Assembly (NCBI GenBank): GCA_963764715.1
Contig: CAVXTP010000022.1
Span: 320,001-384,000 of the forward strand
Direction: 5' to 3'
Source: an uncultured Acidobacteriota bacterium
GTDB lineage: Bacteria > Acidobacteriota > Thermoanaerobaculia > UBA5066 > Gp7-AA6
Length of the DNA: 64,000 nucleotides
Of the stretch, positions 9,778 through 19,764 are shown in pieces (positions within the stretch are counted from its first letter, which is position 1; each line of letters begins with the position of its first letter). A program made the position numbers and the translations under genes. The notes beneath the pieces were generated by a model. That model saw nothing but the letters and a program-made list of their open reading frames with translations, did not search any database and had not been told where the DNA came from.

Positions 9778-10299
9778 ATGGGACGGGTAGTGAGGTTTCT
9801 TCGGCAAGCCGCCCTGCTCCTCCCCTCGGCTTTCCTCCTCGACGTGCTCGTTTTCCTGCTGACCCACGGCCGCAAGGACCCGGGCTTCGGCACGTATCCC
9901 TTCTTCCAGGAGTGGCTGGGAGACCGGGTCGCCGGCGCCGCCCCGGAGCTGCGCTTCCTCGAGCAGGCGGCCGTCTTCTTCGTGCCGGCGTACGTCCTGT
10001 CGCTCCTCTTCATCCTCGCGATCGCCGTGGCGGAGCGCGCGCTGTTCGGTCCCCGGAAGGTCCGCCCGAGCGGCGGCTTCGGACGGGCGTTCGCGACGAC
10101 CTACCCGGCCTTCTTTCTCGTGGGCAGCGCCGTCGTCATGTGGATGGCCGAGCGCGCGGCGCTCCGGCAGGCCCCGGGGGCGCTCGTCGCGCCCCTCATC
10201 GCGGCCGCAGCGCCCTTCGCCGGCGCGGCCCTCGCCATCGCGCCGGCCGCGGTCCTCGCCGGACCGGTCGCGCTTCTTTCGAAAGTGAGCCCGGCATGA
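9778..10299 (+). CDS. Hypothetical membrane protein (about 4 TM), stop overlaps the guaA start
   Basis: Hydrophobic segments; ATGA overlap with guaA; true start may be GTG 9790. Confidence 0.7.
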   Translation: MGRVVRFLRQAALLLPSAFLLDVLVFLLTHGRKDPGFGTYPFFQEWLGDRVAGAAPELRFLEQAAVFFVPAYVLSLLFILAIAVAERALFGPRKVRPSGGFGRAFATTYPAFFLVGSAVVMWMAERAALRQAPGALVAPLIAAAAPFAGAALAIAPAAVLAGPVALLSKVSPA

Positions 10300-11831
10300 G
10301 CTCCCCGCGGTCCATCGTCATCCTCGACTTCGGCGGCCAGTACACGCAGCTGATCGCCCGGCGTGTTCGCGACGCCCGCGTCTTCTCGGTCGTCCTGCCG
10401 CCGGGCGCCTCGGCCGAGGAGATCCGGCGCTGGAACCCCGCGGGCATCATCCTGTCGGGCGGGCCGCAGAGCGTGTACGAGCCCGACGCGCCGAGGCCCT
10501 CGGGCGACCCGACGAGCCTCGGCGTTCCGGTCCTGGGCCTCTGCTACGGCATGCAGTGGCTGGCGCAGGCGGCGGGGGGAGAGGTCGCCAACGAGGGCCG
10601 CGAGTACGGGCGCGCCGTGGCGCGGCTGGCGGTCGATTCGGATCTCTTCGCCGGCCTCGAGCCCGAGCAGACCGTGTGGATGAACCACGGGGACTCGGTC
10701 GTCGCTCCGCCGTCGGGATTCCGCGTCATCGCGTCGACGCCGACGACGCCGCTCGCGGGCTTCGAGAACCCGGCGCGGCGCGTCTGGGCCATCCAGTTCC
10801 ATCCCGAGGTCCGGCACACGGTCCACGGGACCGAGGTCCTCGAGAACTTCCTCTTCCGGATCTGCAAGGTCGAGCCGAGCTGGACCATGGAGGGCTTCCG
10901 CCACGAGAAGGTGGAGGCGATCCGCCGCCAGGCGCCGACGGGAGCGGTCATCTGCGCCCTCTCGGGGGGAGTCGATTCGTCGGTGACGGCGATCCTGCTC
11001 CGCGAGGCGCTCGGGGACCGCGTCCACCCGATCCTCGTCGACCACGGCCTGATGCGCGCCCACGAGCGCCGGCAGGTCGTCGAGGCGTTCGCGCGCCTCG
11101 GGATCCGCGTGCACGCGGTCGATGCCGGGGACCTCTTCCTGTCGCGCCTTTCCGGCGTGACCGATCCCGAGGAGAAGCGCAAGATCATCGGACGGACCTT
11201 CATCGACGTCTTCGAGAAGGAAGCGAAGTCGATCCCCGACGCCCGATACCTGGCGCAGGGCACGCTCTATCCCGACGTCATCGAGTCGGTGTCGATCAAG
11301 GGGCCGTCGGCCGTCATCAAGACCCATCACAACGTCGGCGGTCTTCCCGAGCGGCTCGGCTTCGAGCTGATCGAGCCCGTCCGCGAGCTCTTCAAGGACG
11401 AGGTCCGACTGCTCGGCGCGGAGCTCGGGCTGCCGCGGGAGTTCCTCGCGCGCCATCCTTTCCCGGGGCCGGGCCTGGCGGTGCGGATACCGGGCGAGGT
11501 CACGCGCGAGAAGGTCGCGATCCTTCAGAAGGCGGACGAGATCGTCCTCGACGAGATCCGGCGAGCCGGCCTCTACGACGCGATCTCGCAGGCCTTCGCC
11601 GTTCTCCTGCCGGTCAAGTCCGTGGGCGTGATGGGCGACGGCCGGACCCACGAGTTCGTTCTGGCGGTGCGCGCCGTCCAGACGAGCGACTTCATGACGG
11701 CCGACTGGTTCCGGATGCCCCACGAAGTGCTCGACGCGATCGCGAGCCGGGTCGTGTCGAGCGTGCGCGGCATCAACCGCGTCGTCTACGACATCACGTC
11801 GAAGCCCCCGGCCACGATCGAGTGGGAGTAG
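10296..11831 (+). CDS. guaA: GMP synthase (glutamine-hydrolysing)
   Basis: ILDFGGQYTQLIARR, GLCYGMQ, QFHPEV, SGGVDS, IKTHHNVGG, KPPATIEWE. Confidence 0.98.
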   Translation: MSSPRSIVILDFGGQYTQLIARRVRDARVFSVVLPPGASAEEIRRWNPAGIILSGGPQSVYEPDAPRPSGDPTSLGVPVLGLCYGMQWLAQAAGGEVANEGREYGRAVARLAVDSDLFAGLEPEQTVWMNHGDSVVAPPSGFRVIASTPTTPLAGFENPARRVWAIQFHPEVRHTVHGTEVLENFLFRICKVEPSWTMEGFRHEKVEAIRRQAPTGAVICALSGGVDSSVTAILLREALGDRVHPILVDHGLMRAHERRQVVEAFARLGIRVHAVDAGDLFLSRLSGVTDPEEKRKIIGRTFIDVFEKEAKSIPDARYLAQGTLYPDVIESVSIKGPSAVIKTHHNVGGLPERLGFELIEPVRELFKDEVRLLGAELGLPREFLARHPFPGPGLAVRIPGEVTREKVAILQKADEIVLDEIRRAGLYDAISQAFAVLLPVKSVGVMGDGRTHEFVLAVRAVQTSDFMTADWFRMPHEVLDAIASRVVSSVRGINRVVYDITSKPPATIEWE

Positions 11832-11837
11832 CAACAG

Positions 11838-11908
11838 TGGGGTCTGACGTGCATTTCGCGAACCCCCGGAGGACGTCTTCGAAGCCCCGAAATGCAGGTC
11901 TGACCCCA
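11838..11908. repeat. 71-bp element with 21-bp imperfect inverted arms (REP/REPIN- or MITE-like)
   Basis: TGGGGTCTGACGTGCATTTCG (11838-11858) and CGAAATGCAGGTCTGACCCCA (11888-11908) are 19/21 complementary. Confidence 0.75.
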
Positions 11909-11923
11909 GGCGCCCTTTGACTC

Positions 11924-11955
11924 AAAGAGAAAAGGGCCCGCGAAAGCGGGCCCTT
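11924..11955 (-). terminator. Intrinsic terminator for the minus-strand lipoprotein gene
   Basis: Perfect 10-bp stem AAGGGCCCGC-GAAA-GCGGGCCCTT with a T-rich tail on the minus strand. Confidence 0.85.
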
Positions 11956-11978
11956 CGAGCTTCCAAAGCGAAACCCCG

Positions 11979-12578
11979 CTACTTCGCCGCGGGGGCGGCG
12001 CCTCCCGAGGCGTTCATTCCGAGCTGACCCATGGCATCCGTCGCCTTGGCCTTGGCCGCGCTCGCCTTGGCGATCGCGTCGGTCCAGTTGCCCGCGGCCT
12101 GCGCCGTCTGCGCCTCGGCCCAGCCCGTCGTGGCCGCCGCGAGACCGTCCTTGGCGGCCGTCAGCTTCGCCGCGTCGAGGCCCTTCGGGAGCTTCTTCGA
12201 CTGGGAGAGGATGTCGACCCGGCTCTTGAGCGCCTCGATCATCTTCGGCACGTCGGCGAGGGCGTTCCACTGGGCCGCGAGCTCGTCCTTCTTCGCCTTG
12301 GCCTTGGCGAGCACGTCGTTGGCCTTCTGCTGGACCGAGGTTGCCCCGGCGAGCGCGCCCTTGTAGTCGCCCTTCGCGAAGGCGTCCTTGGCGGCGGCCA
12401 GGTCGTCCGAGAGCGACTTGAAGTCGTCGGGCACGAGGCGCTCGGCCTCGGCGCGGGCGCCGTTGACGGCCTCGTCGGCGAGCTTGAGCGCCGCCTCGGC
12501 GGGCGCCTTGCCGCTGTTGCAGGCGACCGCCAGGACGCAGGCGGCGACGGCGAGATACTTCCAGGACCGTTTGAGCAT
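11979..12578 (-). CDS. Ala/Lys-rich alpha-helical lipoprotein
   Basis: SD AAAGGAGA; lipobox LAVAC; two similar helical halves. Confidence 0.85.
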   Translation of the reverse strand: MLKRSWKYLAVAACVLAVACNSGKAPAEAALKLADEAVNGARAEAERLVPDDFKSLSDDLAAAKDAFAKGDYKGALAGATSVQQKANDVLAKAKAKKDELAAQWNALADVPKMIEALKSRVDILSQSKKLPKGLDAAKLTAAKDGLAAATTGWAEAQTAQAAGNWTDAIAKASAAKAKATDAMGQLGMNASGGAAPAAK

Positions 12579-12613
12579 GGTGTCTCCTTTTTCTTCTTGC
12601 ACGCTGAATGCGC

Positions 12614-12847
12614 TCAGACCTTCTTCGAAAGATCGGGTGGACGGACGTTTCCAACGCTTTCGCGGGGAGCCCGGCGATCCTTCCACAGCCCGAAGATCGC
12701 GGTCAGGGACGCGAGGACGATCTCGTCGACGAACGGGATCACGTCCGGGACGAGGAAGTCCGCCAGGGTCACCGTGAGCAGAATGAGAAAGAGCGCGGGA
12801 TATCGCAGGCCGAGCCGGCGAAATGCGCGGACGAGCGCGCCCGGCAT
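12614..12847 (-). CDS. Small membrane protein (DUF6116-like)
   Basis: LRYPALFLILLTVTLADFLVPDVIPFVDEI motif; follows the LysM gene. Confidence 0.7.
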   Translation of the reverse strand: MPGALVRAFRRLGLRYPALFLILLTVTLADFLVPDVIPFVDEIVLASLTAIFGLWKDRRAPRESVGNVRPPDLSKKV

Positions 12848-12855
12848 CCGTCGGC

Positions 12856-13059
12856 CTAGGGAATCCGGAGCTTCTGCCCGACGCGGATCAGGTTCGGGTC
12901 CTTCAGGACGTCCTTGTTGGCTTCGAAGATCTTCGGGTAGAGGCTCGCGTCGCCGTAGTAGTGCTGGGCGATCTTGGAGAGCGTTTCGCCGCTCTTGACC
13001 TCGTGCCACTGGGTGTAATCGGTCGAACCGCCCTGGGTGCCCTTGGGTTCGTTCGGCAT
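12856..13059 (-). CDS. Stand-alone LysM domain protein
   Basis: HEVKSGETLSKIAQHYYGDASLYPKIFEANKDVLKDPNLIRVGQKLRIP; SD ACAGGAGG. Confidence 0.92.
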   Translation of the reverse strand: MPNEPKGTQGGSTDYTQWHEVKSGETLSKIAQHYYGDASLYPKIFEANKDVLKDPNLIRVGQKLRIP

Positions 13060-13103
13060 GGGGACCTCCTGTGGGGCCGCGCTGCGGCTGGATTCGAGCC
13101 GCG

Positions 13104-13132
13104 AACGTAAGTCGCGGTGGCCCGGTTGTCAA
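13104..13132 (-). promoter_or_regulatory. sigma70-type promoter for the LysM gene
   Basis: TTGACA-17 nt-TACGTT on the minus strand. Confidence 0.7.
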
Positions 13133-14198
13133 GCGGGGCCGAGCGCGCGGCCGAGCGCCTGGAGGCCCTCGCGCACCGCCCCGGGCTCGCCGCCGAACGC
13201 GATCCGGAAGTGGGCGGGGGCGCCGAAAAAGCGTCCCGGCGCGACCGCGGTCCCGGTCTCCCGGAAGAGCCGATCGACGAATGGGCCGGCGTCGGCGACC
13301 CCGGCGAGGCGGGGGAAGGCGAGAGTCGAGCGCGGCGGCACGCACGCGAGCTCCGGCCGCGACCCGAGAAACGCGGACACGGCCGCGAGGTTCGTTTCGA
13401 CGATGGCGCGGGCCCGGGCTTCCAGCCGGTCGAGGTGCGAGAACGCGACGACCGAAAGCCGGTCGGCCGGCATCGGCGCCCAGACGTCCACGATATCCCG
13501 CGCGCGGCGGATCGTCTCGGCGACGGCGGGGGAGGCGAGGGCCCACCCGCAGCGCAGGGAGGCGAGCCCGAAGGACTTCGTGAGGGACGAGGTCGAGACG
13601 AAATGGTCGGACAGGAGCGCCGCGGGAGCGGGGCGGCCGTCGAGCACGGTGTCCCGGTAGACCTCGTCGAAGAGGACGTGGAGGCCGCGCTCCTCGGCGA
13701 GCCGGGCGAGGGCGCGGACGCTCGCCTCCGAGATCAACGCCCCCGAGGGGTTGTGCGGGTTCGTCAGGATGACGAGGCGGGTCCGGGGCGTCAGCGCCGC
13801 GGCGACGGTTTCGGGATCGACGTCGAATCCGTCCTCGAAGCGGCGGGGAAAGAATGCGACGTCGGCGCCGAGCATGCGGGCGGCCGCCGGGATCGGGTCG
13901 TAGTGCGGGGTCTCGACGAGGACGGCGTCCCCCGTCCCGAGGAGCGCGGCGCAGGCCAGGAAATTGGCGCCCGAGCAGCCGCCGGCCGTCGCGACGCGCT
14001 CGACGGGCACGGCGTGGCGCGCCGCGATCGCTTCGCGCAGCGGCACGTAGCCCTCGGGGCTCTCGCCGGCGATGTCGAGCGCCTCGCGCGCTCCGGGCAG
14101 GTCCTCGAGCCGGCACGGCAGGAGGTTCGAGCCCGCCAGGTCGATGCGCGGGCGCGGCCGCGACTTGGCCCACTCCATGTAAGGCGCGCGGGCGAGCG

Positions 14199-14202
<4 letters not shown>
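13129..14202 (-). CDS. PLP-dependent class I/II aminotransferase
   Basis: C-terminal part of the 2306-aa track ORF: LTNPHNPSG, FDEVY, SSLTKSFGLASLRCGW; ATG overlaps the permease stop. Confidence 0.9.
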
Positions 14203-15521
<1,319 letters not shown>

Positions 15522-15533
15522 CGGGCCGGCGTC

Positions 15534-16202
15534 CTAGCGGTAGCGCGGCTGGACGCGGACGATCGTGAGCGTCTCGAGCTTGCCGCGCGCGTCGAAGTCG
15601 AAGCCCACGTAGGCGTCGCCGAAGACCTTGCAGGCATGGCAGCCGTCCGTCAGCTCGTAGGGGACGACGAGGCTCTGGCCGCCGCCCTGCCGGGGCAGGA
15701 CGCGCGGGAACTGGTCCGAGCTCCGGTCGCCCGGGAAGATCGCCAGTTTCGACGTCCCCCGCTTCAGCGCGGCGTACACGCGGTTGCCCTCGAAGATCCC
15801 GGGTTTGATGAGGGCGGGATCGTCGACGTCGATCAGGGGCGGCTGGCCGTTGACGAGGAAGACGACGCGGTTCTCGTTCGCCCGGAACGGGTACTCGGCG
15901 TAGGCCACGCCGACGGGGCCGGCCTCGCGGAAACGGAGGAGATAGCCCTGCCCGCCGGTGCGCCGGGCGAAGTCGAGCGCGGCCGCCGGGGCGCCCGCCT
16001 TCTCCATCGTGCGGACGAAACACGCGCCCATGTCCTGTCCCGCCCCGTCGCACGCGGCGTGAAACGCGTCGCGAAAATCGGGGGGCGGCGTCCAGACCGC
16101 ACCGGGTCCGACCGGCGGCGGCGCGGCGGGCGTGGCCTTCGGCGCGGGCGGAGCCGCCGACGCCAGCCAGACCGCGGCCGCGAGGTACGTCAGGTTCTTC
16201 AT
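15534..16202 (-). CDS. Secreted hypothetical protein with Cys pairs
   Basis: Signal peptide MKNLTYLAAAVWLA; YPFRANEN and DGCHAC segments. Confidence 0.7.
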   Translation of the reverse strand: MKNLTYLAAAVWLASAAPPAPKATPAAPPPVGPGAVWTPPPDFRDAFHAACDGAGQDMGACFVRTMEKAGAPAAALDFARRTGGQGYLLRFREAGPVGVAYAEYPFRANENRVVFLVNGQPPLIDVDDPALIKPGIFEGNRVYAALKRGTSKLAIFPGDRSSDQFPRVLPRQGGGQSLVVPYELTDGCHACKVFGDAYVGFDFDARGKLETLTIVRVQPRYR

Positions 16203-16278
16203 CGCGCGATCGTCGCACAATCATACGCGGGACGAGATCGTCGCCGGCTTGGCCGCGATCGCTTATGATCGAGTCTCG

Positions 16279-19200
16279 ATGCCCGGCGACTTCGTCCACC
16301 TCCACCTCCACAGCCAGTACTCCCTCCTCGACGGCGCCAACAAGCTCCCGGAGCTCTGCAAGCGCGTGGCCGAGCTCGGGATGCCGGCCGTGGCGGTCAC
16401 CGATCACGGCAACATGTTCGGCGCGTTTCATTTCTTCCACGAGGCGCTCCAGAACGGCATCCGGCCGATCATCGGCGTCGAGGCGTACATCGCGCCGGGC
16501 GACCGCCGGGACCGCGAGGAGAAGGCGGCGAGCGAGTCGGGCGAGGGATACGCGTACCACCTGACCCTGCTCGCCGCGACGCAGAAGGGCTATCGCAACC
16601 TCGTCCGCCTCGTGTCCGAGGCGTACACCTCGGGCTTCTACCACCGGCCCCGCATGGACAAGGCCCTCCTGCGGGAGCACGCCGAGGGCCTCATCGGCCT
16701 CTCGGGCTGCCTCAAGGGCGAGGTCGCGGGGGCCCTGTCGCGAGGCAACTTCGGGGCGGCGAAGCGGGCGTTCCTCGAGTACGAGGAGATCTTCGGGAAG
16801 GGCAACTTCTACGTCGAGCTCATGGATCACGGCCTGCCCCAGCAGACGGCGATCGTGCCGGACCTCCTGCGGCTCGCGTCGGAGACCGGGGCGCCGGCCG
16901 TCGCGACCAACGACAGCCACTACCTGCGGCGCGACGACGCCTTCCCCCACGAGGTCCTGCTCTGCATCGGCATGGGCAAGACGCTCGAGGACGAGCGCCG
17001 GATGCGCTTCTACAACGACGAGTTCTACGTGAAGAGCCCGGACGAGATGCTCTCGCGCTTCAAGCCGTGGAGCGTCGAGGCCGTCACGAACACGGTCGCG
17101 ATCGCCGAGCGCTGCGCGGTCTCGTTCGACACCGACGGCCTCCACCTGCCGACCTTCACGGCCCCGGACGGCCGGCCGCCCGCCGACTACTTCCGGGACC
17201 TCGCCCGCGAGGGCCTGGAGCGCCGCCTGTCGGAGCTCGACGCCGAGGCGGGCGCCGGCGTCGCGCGGATCCCGACGGCAAAATACCGGGAGCGGCTCGA
17301 GTACGAGATCACCGTCATCGAAAAGATGGGGTTCCCGTCGTACTTCCTGATCGTTTCCGACTTCATCCGCCACGCCCGCGAGAAGGGGATCGCGGTCGGT
17401 CCCGGGCGCGGCAGCGCCGCCGGCTCGATCGTGTCGTGGGCGCTGCGCATCACCGAGATCGATCCGCTCCGCTACGACCTCCTCTTCGAGCGCTTCCTGA
17501 ACCCCGAGCGGATCTCGATGCCGGACATCGACATCGATTTCTGCCAGGCGCGGCGCGGCGAGGTCATCGAGTACGTGACCAAGAAGTACGGGCGGGAGAA
17601 CGTCGCGCAGATCGTGACCTTCTCCCAGTTGAAGCCCAAGCTCGCCGTGCGCGACGTCGCCCGGGTGCTCTCGCTGCCCGTGGCGCTCGGGGACCGGATC
17701 GCCAAGCTCGTTCCGGACGGGCCCGACGTCAACTTCGAGCGGGCCTTCCGGGACTCGCCGGGCCTCAAGGAGGCGATGGCGGCGGACGAGTCGATCGCCA
17801 AGGTCGTGCGGATCGCCGAGCGGCTCGAGGGCCTGTCGCGCCATGCCGGCATGCACGCGGCCGGCGTCGTCATCGCGCCGCGCCCCATCACCGAGTACCT
17901 GCCGCTCTACCGGACGAACAAGGACGAAATCACGACGCAGTTCGACATGAACGCGGTCGAGAAGATGGGCCTCCTCAAGATCGATTTCCTGGGCCTCATC
18001 ACCCTCGACGTGCTCGAGGCGACCGTCGCGGCCGTGAAGGAGCGCCTCGGGGTCACGCTCGACCTCGACCACCTGCCGCTCGACGACGAGCCGACCTACG
18101 AGCTCTTCCGGTCGGGCAAGACGGCCTGCGTCTTCCAGTTCGATTCGGGCGGGATGCGGGACCTGCTGCGCCGCGCCAAGCCCCGCGTCTTCCCGGACCT
18201 CGCGGCCCTCAACGCGCTCTACCGGCCGGGGGCCCTCGACGCCGGCACGGTCGAGGACTACGTCCGGCGGCGCGGCGGGACGCGCGTGACCTACCCGCTG
18301 CCGGAGCTCGAGCCGATCCTCTCGGAGACCCTCGGGATCCTGGTCTACCAGGAGCAGGTCATGCGCATCGCCCAGACCGTCGCGGGCTACTCGCTCGCCG
18401 AGGCCGACCTGCTGCGCAAGGCGATCGGGAAGAAGAAGCGCGAGATCATGGAGGCCGAGGCCGAGAAGTTCCTGCGGCGAGCCGTCGAGCACGGGACGCC
18501 GAAGAAGAAGGCGCAGGAGCTCTGGTCCCTGATCGAGCCGTTCGCGCGGTACGGCTTCAACAAGTCGCACGCCGTGGCCTACGCCCTGGTGGCCTACAAG
18601 ACGGCGTACCTCAAGGCCCACTACCCGGTCGACTTCTTCGCGGCCAACCTCTCGGCCGAGATCGGCTCGACCGACGGCATCGTCAAGGTCCTCGGCGACT
18701 GCCAGGAGTCCGGGATCCCGGTCCTGCCGCCCGACATCAACGAGTCGGCGGAGAGCTTCGCCGCGGTGGGCGGCTCGATCCGCTTCGGGCTCGCGGCGAT
18801 CAAGGGCGTCGGCGAGGCCGCGGCCCACGCCATCCTCGACGAGCGGAGCAAGAAGCCCTTCGTCTCGTTCACCGACTTCACCGAGCGGATGGATTCGCGC
18901 CTCGTCAACAAGCGCACCCTCGACGCCCTGATCTGCGCCGGCGCCTTCGATTCGCTCGGGAAAAACCGCGCGACCCTCGCCGCGGCGTCCGAGCGCGCGC
19001 TCGCCCGGGCCGCGCGCCGCCGCGAGGAGGCCGAGCTCGGCCAGTCGAACCTCTTCGGCGGCGGCGTCGTCGAGGAGGGCTCGGCCGGCGACGACTTCCC
19101 GGACCTCCCGGAGTGGCCGCTCGACCAGAAGCTCAAGGGCGAGAAGGACACGCTCGGCTTCTACGTGACGGGGCATCCGCTCACCCGCTTCGCCGACGAG

Positions 19201-19764
19201 ATCGGGCGCTTCGCCGAGGCCCGGATCGCGGACCTCGCGGGCCGCGTCGAGCAGACCGTCAAGATCGCGGGCGTGCTCGGGAGCCTCAAGAAGCAGAAGA
19301 TCAAGAAGGGCGTCAACGAGGGCAAGACGATGCTCAAGGCCTCGCTCGAGGACACGAGCGGGACGGTGCCGGTCGCCATCTTCGCGAGCCTCTACGAGAA
19401 GGTCCAGGGCTGGGTCCGGGACGACCTGCCGGTGCTCGCCACGGCCAACGTGCGGGAGTCGGGCGGGGCGCTCGAGCTGACGATCCAGGAGATCACGCCG
19501 CTCGAGGGAATCCGGGAGCGGCGGGCGCGGGAGCTCGCGATCCGCGTCAACCTCGCGTACGCCGACGAGAGCGTGCTCGCGCGGCTCCAGGAGCGGCTGC
19601 GCCGACACCCGGGCACGACCCCCGTCTCCATCCGCCTCATCCGGCCGGGGGAGTTCGAGGCCACCCTCAAGGCCGCCGACTCGATGCGCATCGCGCCCTC
19701 GCCGCGTCTGACGAGCGAGATCCAGGCCCTGGCGGGGGAGGGGTCGGTCGAGTACGTCTTCTAG
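16279..19764 (+). CDS. dnaE: DNA polymerase III alpha subunit
   Basis: FVHLHLHSQYSLLDG, GPGRGSAAGS, FERFLNPERISMPDIDIDF, YGFNKSHA. Confidence 0.98.
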   Translation: MPGDFVHLHLHSQYSLLDGANKLPELCKRVAELGMPAVAVTDHGNMFGAFHFFHEALQNGIRPIIGVEAYIAPGDRRDREEKAASESGEGYAYHLTLLAATQKGYRNLVRLVSEAYTSGFYHRPRMDKALLREHAEGLIGLSGCLKGEVAGALSRGNFGAAKRAFLEYEEIFGKGNFYVELMDHGLPQQTAIVPDLLRLASETGAPAVATNDSHYLRRDDAFPHEVLLCIGMGKTLEDERRMRFYNDEFYVKSPDEMLSRFKPWSVEAVTNTVAIAERCAVSFDTDGLHLPTFTAPDGRPPADYFRDLAREGLERRLSELDAEAGAGVARIPTAKYRERLEYEITVIEKMGFPSYFLIVSDFIRHAREKGIAVGPGRGSAAGSIVSWALRITEIDPLRYDLLFERFLNPERISMPDIDIDFCQARRGEVIEYVTKKYGRENVAQIVTFSQLKPKLAVRDVARVLSLPVALGDRIAKLVPDGPDVNFERAFRDSPGLKEAMAADESIAKVVRIAERLEGLSRHAGMHAAGVVIAPRPITEYLPLYRTNKDEITTQFDMNAVEKMGLLKIDFLGLITLDVLEATVAAVKERLGVTLDLDHLPLDDEPTYELFRSGKTACVFQFDSGGMRDLLRRAKPRVFPDLAALNALYRPGALDAGTVEDYVRRRGGTRVTYPLPELEPILSETLGILVYQEQVMRIAQTVAGYSLAEADLLRKAIGKKKREIMEAEAEKFLRRAVEHGTPKKKAQELWSLIEPFARYGFNKSHAVAYALVAYKTAYLKAHYPVDFFAANLSAEIGSTDGIVKVLGDCQESGIPVLPPDINESAESFAAVGGSIRFGLAAIKGVGEAAAHAILDERSKKPFVSFTDFTERMDSRLVNKRTLDALICAGAFDSLGKNRATLAAASERALARAARRREEAELGQSNLFGGGVVEEGSAGDDFPDLPEWPLDQKLKGEKDTLGFYVTGHPLTRFADEIGRFAEARIADLAGRVEQTVKIAGVLGSLKKQKIKKGVNEGKTMLKASLEDTSGTVPVAIFASLYEKVQGWVRDDLPVLATANVRESGGALELTIQEITPLEGIRERRARELAIRVNLAYADESVLARLQERLRRHPGTTPVSIRLIRPGEFEATLKAADSMRIAPSPRLTSEIQALAGEGSVEYVF

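Noticed and set aside
11820-11980. Genomic island integrated at the guaA 3' end
   Set aside because: No integrase, no direct repeat of the guaA end and no compositional shift; only the short inverted repeat is present.
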